In this document: in pieces, positions 6,676-11,327 of the stretch
Numbering within the stretch: the stretch's first letter is position 1
Layout of the letters: each line of letters opens with the position of its first letter
DNA from: Candidatus Krumholzibacteriia bacterium
GTDB lineage: Bacteria; Krumholzibacteriota; Krumholzibacteriia; WVZY01
Reading direction: 5' to 3'
Assembly (NCBI GenBank): GCA_036478295.1
Contig: JAZGDW010000027.1
Location: 1-11,327 of the forward strand
DNA length: 11,327 bases
Position numbers and translations under genes: made by a program
Notes under the pieces: model-generated
Database searches by the model: none
Seen by the model: only the letters and a program-made list of their open reading frames with translations
Told to the model about the DNA's origin: nothing

Positions 6676-9120
6676 ATGGGAACTGGATCGGGCATAGACC
6701 AGAAGAACGTCAGGATTCGTGAACTGACCATCCCGGCCGACGAGAGCCAGCTGAGTCGCGTGCGGGAATTTGTCGCAACGGTGTGCACCGAAGCCGGTTT
6801 CACCGCGGGCGAAGTAAACAACACGAAACTGGCCGTCGACGAGGCCTGCACCAACATCATCAAACACGCCTACGACGACTCCAACGGTCGTATCCGCGTC
6901 CGCGCGAGCGTCAGCCCGGGCGCCGTGGATTTCTCCTTGATCGATCGAGGCAAGCGTTTCGACTTCGCCGCCGTCGAAGACCCCGACCTGGAGCATTACG
7001 TCGAAACGGGAAGAAAAGGCGGGCTGGGCGTATTCCTTATCAATCGCCTCATGGACCGGGTGGAATACCGCACCGTTCACGGCAGCAACGAACTCCTGCT
7101 CTCGAAGACCAGCCTCGCAGTGGCGTCGGGGGCGATTGCCTCACGGATTAGCTGGCGGGGATCGCTGCGCTACCGGTTTACGCTGAGGGCCAGTCTGGGT
7201 CTCTTTGTGATCATCGCCAGCATATGGGGTTACATTTTCGTGGGCCAGACCGAGGGGATCAAGGAACAACGAACCACTCACTGGATGGAAAAGAGGCGTC
7301 TGGCCGAAGACGTCGCCAACAAGAGCAGAGCGCTGCTCCTCAATCCGCAAATGTACTCGATCGAGCAGACGACGTTGACCGCCTTCATTGCCCGAATGGT
7401 GGACGGCAACGAAGATCTCGCCTACCTGAGGGTGGTGGACCTGGACGACGGCATACTCTCCTCCGCCAACATCGACGAAATCTTTACCAAATTTTCAAAA
7501 AAGGACGGGCACGTGCTGCTCGAAGAAGGCAACGGGGTGCGATGGATGCAGATCGAGTTCAACGGTGAAGTAACGCGTGATATTCGCTTTCCCGTACAGG
7601 TGAGAAATCAGGACACCGGCCGCCTGATCGCTGTAGGCAACGTATACGTGGGCGTGTATGAACACGCCATGTATCGCGCAATCACGGACCCGAGGCCGCT
7701 GACCACCGTCATCATCCTCATTAGTTTTCTGGCCGGCATTCTCCTCATTGTGACCCTGGTGACGGTGTTCGTAAAACCCTTACAGGTGCTGACGGAAGGC
7801 GTGCGCGCCATCGGGCAGGGCTCGCTCGACAGCAAGATCGACGTCGGTGGTCCGGCCGAGATCGGGGCCATCGCGACTGTCTTCAACGACATTACCAAGA
7901 AGTTCAGAGAGGCTCAGGTCAACCTACTCGAGCAGGAAAAGCTCCAGAAAGAAATCGAGGTGGCGAAGCAGATCCAGCAATCGCTCCTGCCCCGCGACTA
8001 CCCCGCCGTCAGCGGTTACGATATCGCCCCCTATTACCAGGCGGCCAAGGACGTCGGGGGTGATTACTACGACTTCGTCCACGTGGACGAGGGCGCGCTC
8101 GGGGTCGTTGTCGCCGATGTTTCAGGAAAAGGCGTACCGGGGTCGCTGGTCATGACCATGATCCGCACTGCTCTCCGCATGGAGGCGAGGGGAAACAAGA
8201 ATGCATCCGACGTCATGGGCAGGGTGAATGCTTTTGTGACGGACGACATGAAGAAAGGAATGTTCGTCACGATGTTCTACGTCATTCTTGATTCCAAGAA
8301 CCGGACGATCAGTTACGCGAGTGCTGGACATAACCCCATGATCCTCTACCGTGGTGAGGGACGGGAGATCTACTTTCTCAATCCGAAGGGCTTCCCGGTC
8401 GGCATCAGCCTGCCCGACGCCTCTCTGTTCAACCGATCGATCGGTCTCGAAAAGATCAAGCTCAAGAAGGACGACATGCTCGTTATCTACACCGACGGTG
8501 TAACCGAGGCAATGAACGAAAAGCGTGAGCAGTATGGGGAAGAGCGACTTGTTCAGCTCATAGAGGAAAACGGCCATTTTCACCCCACAAAATTCATCGA
8601 GGAACTGGAGAAGAGTATCAAGGCGTTCACAGGTGGCTACGCGCAGAACGACGATATCACGGTCGTGGCGATAAAGGAAAAACTCGGTGCTGACGACGTG
8701 CTCGCCGGTATACGAAAAAAGCTCATCCAGCTCGTCGAGGTGGGAGGCATGAGCGTAAGGGCGGCCTGCAAGAAGATGAACGTGTCGCCGACAACGTACT
8801 ACCGTTACAAGAAACGCGTGGCCCTGCTGGGAGAAAGAGGACTGAAGAACAAGATTCTTCGGGAGGATACCGATCTGAAGATGATGACGGTGGAGGAGCG
8901 GAAAGCGATATTGAAAATCATCGTCGCGCACCCGGATTTCGGGGCCAAGCGAATTAGCGAGGCCTACCACCGGCGCACCAATGGGGGGAGGCAACTGACT
9001 GAGCGCATGGTCTACGACGAGTTGAAGCGGCTCGACCTGAATACGAAGGAACGTCGCCACGACTACGTACGGCGAATCCCCTTGTTCGACCAGGAAGAGG
9101 CACTTCTCAAGGATTCATAG
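6676..9120 (+). CDS. Membrane-bound partner-switching regulator: RsbW-like HATPase + 2 TM/periplasmic sensor + HAMP + SpoIIE (PP2C) phosphatase + C-terminal HTH region
   Basis: HATPase boxes KLAVDEACTNIIKHAY, IDRGKRFD, GGLGVFLINRLMD. TM1 ~7189-7245, TM2 ~7696-7773. HAMP KPLQVLTEGVRAIGQG...EIGAIATVFNDI. PP2C motifs AKQIQQSLLP, VGGDYYD, VADVSGKG, SAGHNP, YTDGVTEA, NDDITVV. HTH MSVRAACKKMNVSPTTYYRYKKR. Starts 9 nt after the previous stop. Confidence 0.92.
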   Translation: MGTGSGIDQKNVRIRELTIPADESQLSRVREFVATVCTEAGFTAGEVNNTKLAVDEACTNIIKHAYDDSNGRIRVRASVSPGAVDFSLIDRGKRFDFAAVEDPDLEHYVETGRKGGLGVFLINRLMDRVEYRTVHGSNELLLSKTSLAVASGAIASRISWRGSLRYRFTLRASLGLFVIIASIWGYIFVGQTEGIKEQRTTHWMEKRRLAEDVANKSRALLLNPQMYSIEQTTLTAFIARMVDGNEDLAYLRVVDLDDGILSSANIDEIFTKFSKKDGHVLLEEGNGVRWMQIEFNGEVTRDIRFPVQVRNQDTGRLIAVGNVYVGVYEHAMYRAITDPRPLTTVIILISFLAGILLIVTLVTVFVKPLQVLTEGVRAIGQGSLDSKIDVGGPAEIGAIATVFNDITKKFREAQVNLLEQEKLQKEIEVAKQIQQSLLPRDYPAVSGYDIAPYYQAAKDVGGDYYDFVHVDEGALGVVVADVSGKGVPGSLVMTMIRTALRMEARGNKNASDVMGRVNAFVTDDMKKGMFVTMFYVILDSKNRTISYASAGHNPMILYRGEGREIYFLNPKGFPVGISLPDASLFNRSIGLEKIKLKKDDMLVIYTDGVTEAMNEKREQYGEERLVQLIEENGHFHPTKFIEELEKSIKAFTGGYAQNDDITVVAIKEKLGADDVLAGIRKKLIQLVEVGGMSVRAACKKMNVSPTTYYRYKKRVALLGERGLKNKILREDTDLKMMTVEERKAILKIIVAHPDFGAKRISEAYHRRTNGGRQLTERMVYDELKRLDLNTKERRHDYVRRIPLFDQEEALLKDS

Positions 9121-9318
9121 ACAATGGGCCGGCAGACACCTGTCCGGTTGGCAAGCGGTGGTTGCAAAATGCGAACGCCTGCGGTGGGTCGGGCGAGACC
9201 CAGCCGGCTCCGCGCGCGAGGTGCGCGGGAGAACTGGCCGGAAAGCGGCTGGAGCGGGACAAGGTCTTCCTGCCGTCGAAACGGGTGGTTGGACTGACTT
9301 TTGCTTCACTCGGTGGTT

Positions 9319-9323
9319 GGAGA
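9319..9323 (+). promoter_or_regulatory. Shine-Dalgarno-like site for STAS gene 1
   Basis: GGAGA 8 nt upstream of ATG 9332. Confidence 0.6.
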
Positions 9324-9331
9324 ACCTAAAC

Positions 9332-9709
9332 ATGGAAAAACTCATAATTTCTGAAGAGACGATCTCAGGGACGAATCCCATTACGCTGTTGACTCTCAAG
9401 GGCACGATCGAGACGACAAACGCGACGACTCTGGAAGAGGTACTCGTACACATTCTCTCTAACGACCGCTACCGCATCGTGGTGGATCTCTCCGAGGTCA
9501 GCTACATAAGTTCCGCGGGCTGGGGCATCTTTATCAGTGAAATCAAGCGTGTACGGCGCAAGCGCGGTGACATCAAGCTCGCTGCGATGAGAGCCGGCGT
9601 CCGGGAAGTCTTCGACCTGCTCGAGTTCAACAACATTTTGCAACTCTACCCCGGCAAGGGCGAGGCGATCAGGGATTTCGAGGCTCCGGTCGGGGCCAAG
9701 GTGGACTGA
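9332..9709 (+). CDS. STAS-domain anti-sigma-factor antagonist (RsbV/SpoIIAA family), copy 1, 125 aa
   Basis: LTLKGTIETTNATTLEE...IVVDLSEVSYISSAGWGIF...GDIKLAAM...VREVFDLLEF. Start reassigned from GTG 9158 to ATG 9332 because of the SD site and the length match to the paralog. Confidence 0.9.
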   Translation: MEKLIISEETISGTNPITLLTLKGTIETTNATTLEEVLVHILSNDRYRIVVDLSEVSYISSAGWGIFISEIKRVRRKRGDIKLAAMRAGVREVFDLLEFNNILQLYPGKGEAIRDFEAPVGAKVD

Positions 9710-9753
9710 ACCTCCCGGCCCGACCATCTTTCGAGTGCACACTCAACAACACC

Positions 9754-9760
9754 GGTGAGG
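9754..9760 (+). promoter_or_regulatory. Shine-Dalgarno-like site for STAS gene 2
   Basis: GGTGAGG 7 nt upstream of ATG 9768. Confidence 0.65.
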
Positions 9761-9767
9761 TTTCAGC

Positions 9768-10148
9768 ATGGCCGTCCACGGCATTGTTGTCAGCGTTATT
9801 CTCGGCAAAACAGCCGAAGACGTATCCACGTTGAAGGTCAGCGGCTACCTGGACATCACTACGGCCGGCGAACTGGAAAACGCACTCGCTGGCCTCCTCG
9901 ATAACAACTACCACAAGATCGTCGTGGACCTCTCGGGCGCGACCTACATCAGCTCCGCGGGTTGGGGCATTTTCATCGGTGAAATCAAGGGCATTCGCGA
10001 CCGCGGCGGTGACCTGAAGCTGGCCGGAATGGTCGGCGACGTGTACGAGGTCTTCCAATTGCTCGAGTTCCAGTCGATTCTCGAGGCCTACTCGACGGCC
10101 ACGGAGGCCGTCGACGCCTTTGCCCGGTCGAGCGCCACCCCGGGTTAG
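9768..10148 (+). CDS. STAS-domain anti-sigma-factor antagonist (RsbV/SpoIIAA family), copy 2, 126 aa
   Basis: LKVSGYLDITTAGELE...IVVDLSGATYISSAGWGIF...GGDLKLAGM...VYEVFQLLEF...EAVDAF. Confidence 0.92.
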   Translation: MAVHGIVVSVILGKTAEDVSTLKVSGYLDITTAGELENALAGLLDNNYHKIVVDLSGATYISSAGWGIFIGEIKGIRDRGGDLKLAGMVGDVYEVFQLLEFQSILEAYSTATEAVDAFARSSATPG

Positions 10149-10183
10149 ACAAGCATTTTGCGGTCTCCACGCTCCATTTACCC

Positions 10184-10212
10184 TTAACCTTTTTCCACTG
10201 TACCGGTATATT
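10184..10212 (+). promoter_or_regulatory. Putative sigma70-type promoter for the vWA gene
   Basis: TTAACC (10184-10189, 4/6 to TTGACA), a 17-nt spacer, then TATATT (10207-10212, 5/6 to TATAAT), in a locally AT-rich intergenic stretch. Confidence 0.5.
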
Positions 10213-10321
10213 GGTGTGAAGAACGGCACCACAGCCGCAGGCGCGTGTATATGTGGGTGATGCGCGGCTACGCTACCGACGGTGCCGGCGGATCTTCATT
10301 TCTTCGACGAGCATTTCGACT

Positions 10322-11326
10322 ATGGGTCTGGATTTTCAAGCCGGTGTCCTCATCCTCGGGCTTCTGCTGCTCGGGGTGGCGTACGTCGCTTATCGGGGGA
10401 CCACGCCGTCCTTATCACCGGGGCTCCGGTGGTTTCTGTTCAGCCTGCGGGCGTGTGCCTTCGTCCTGCTGGCCTTCCTCCTCATGGATCCGCGCTACAT
10501 CCGCCACTCGAGCAAGAGCGAGTCCCCGCAGGTCCTGGTGCTCGTCGACCGGTCGACCAGTATGAGCCTGCCTGCGGTGGGGTGGGACAAAGGCCCGGAC
10601 CGTTTCAGTCGTGCCCGGGACATTGCCGCCAAGCTAAATGAAGTAATCCGGTCCCGGGGTGGACGATCGGCCGAGGCGTACTTCTCCGCCGGCCTGACTT
10701 CGGGGACGGGCGACACGCTGGCTGCTGACGGCCAGGGAACCGAGATCAGGCGCTCGTTGGTCAGTCTCCACAAGAAACACGAGGGGGAAAATATCGTTGC
10801 TTTCGTCGTGCTGTCCGACGGGGTTGAAACCGAAGAGCGCCTCGTGCGGGAGCCGCTGCCCGAGGTGCCGGTGTTTACCGTTGGCCTCGGTGACACCAGC
10901 GCGCCGGAAGACGTACGCATCAAGGATGTTGACTATAACAGCATCGTGCGAGCGCCCGCACGTTCCGTGATACGGGCTACCCTGCACTACTCCGGTGGAG
11001 ACGTCAAACGGGTTCACCTGCGACTGCGTGAATCGGGGAAGACGGTCTTTGAAAAAGATACCCTGATGACGCCTCAGGCACGGGAACTGGTGCAGCAGAT
11101 ACCGGTCGATTTCCCGGAGGCGGGGCGACGCCAGTTCCTTCTCGAGGTGGACGTGGACGGCTATGATGCCGAAGTGGAGAACAACCGCCGGGACATCGTC
11201 ATCGAAGCCGAAAAGGCAGGGGTACGGATCCTCATCGTCGACCTGCTGCCCGAGTGGGAGCTCCATTTCCTCACCGATTTCCTGAGGAATGATGAGACCT
11301 TCGATTTCGACCTGGTCGCTTCGGTA
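10322..11326 (+). CDS. Membrane-anchored von Willebrand factor A (vWA) domain protein; 3'-truncated and absent from the ORF track because it has no stop in the window
   Basis: Manual translation: MGLDFQAGVLILGLLLLGVAYVAYRGTTPSLSPGLRWFLFSLRACAFVLLAFLLMDP (two TM helices)...VLVLVDRSTSM (MIDAS DxSxS)...GTEIRRSL...FVVLSDG...PVFTVGLGD. An Ig-like domain follows, ending EVENNRR, then RILIVDLLPEWELHFL. The frame stays open for 335 codons to the window end. An alternative GTG start exists at 10253. Confidence 0.87.
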   Translation, partial: MGLDFQAGVLILGLLLLGVAYVAYRGTTPSLSPGLRWFLFSLRACAFVLLAFLLMDPRYIRHSSKSESPQVLVLVDRSTSMSLPAVGWDKGPDRFSRARDIAAKLNEVIRSRGGRSAEAYFSAGLTSGTGDTLAADGQGTEIRRSLVSLHKKHEGENIVAFVVLSDGVETEERLVREPLPEVPVFTVGLGDTSAPEDVRIKDVDYNSIVRAPARSVIRATLHYSGGDVKRVHLRLRESGKTVFEKDTLMTPQARELVQQIPVDFPEAGRRQFLLEVDVDGYDAEVENNRRDIVIEAEKAGVRILIVDLLPEWELHFLTDFLRNDETFDFDLVASV

Positions 11327-11327
11327 G

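Noticed and set aside
649..9060. Numerous antisense and off-frame ORFs (e.g. 866-1936, 1906-2730, 4900-5913, 8122-9060 on minus; 4066-4656 on plus)
   Set aside because: They are shadows of well-supported + strand genes in GC-rich DNA and have no recognisable motifs.
8710..9120. Intact insertion sequence or transposase
   Set aside because: Only the HTH-like region is present. I found no DDE catalytic domain, terminal inverted repeats or target duplication.
9158..9331. 58-aa N-terminal extension of STAS copy 1 from GTG 9158
   Set aside because: It does not look protein-like (Trp/Arg/Gly-rich). ATG 9332 has a GGAGA SD and gives a length matching the paralog.
9041..9331. Possible +1 frameshift fusing the receptor to STAS copy 1 (the STAS frame is open from 9041)
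   Set aside because: No evident shift site, an implausible linker sequence, and long open frames are common at this GC content.
10149..10200. Rho-independent terminator after the STAS genes
   Set aside because: A T-run is present (10190-10194) but no convincing GC stem directly precedes it. The region fits a promoter better.
10184..10209. SigB-type promoter (CGGTAT resembling GGGTAT)
   Set aside because: There is no GTTT -35 element at the right spacing, and a sigma70-like match explains the site better.
10245..11266. ORFs 10245-10565 (+), 10282-10641 (+), 10495-10923 (-) and 10634-11266 (-)
   Set aside because: They overlap the vWA CDS in other frames and lack protein-like features.
1..11327. 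CRISPR array, tRNA/rRNA, or DGR template/variable repeat pair
   Set aside because: I saw no regularly spaced nucleotide repeats, RNA-gene signatures, reverse transcriptase or adenine-specific repeat pair. The repeats are diverged and visible mainly at the protein level.

Overview
GC-rich bacterial DNA with six same-strand (+) genes. (1) A 5'-truncated giant (>1570 aa) surface protein built of tandem Ig-like/invasin (Big) modules, ending in a FlgD_ig / T9SS type-A-like C-terminal sorting domain. (2) A PorV/PorQ-family outer-membrane beta-barrel fused to a long TPR tail, overlapping gene 1 by ATGA. (3) An unusual membrane receptor that joins an RsbW/SpoIIAB-type HATPase kinase, two TM helices around a periplasmic domain, HAMP, a SpoIIE/RsbU PP2C phosphatase and a C-terminal transposase-like double HTH. 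(4,5) Two paralogous STAS anti-sigma-factor antagonists, preceded by a hairpin-dense 211-nt intergenic region. (6) A 3'-truncated membrane-anchored vWA (MIDAS) protein missing from the ORF track, behind a sigma70-like promoter. The most interesting reading is an inferred unit coupling T9SS-like cargo and its barrel to a self-contained partner-switching module with its own DNA-binding domain. The gene content would fit an FCB-related lineage outside classical Bacteroidota (inference only). All family calls are by eye and from memory; no searches were run.
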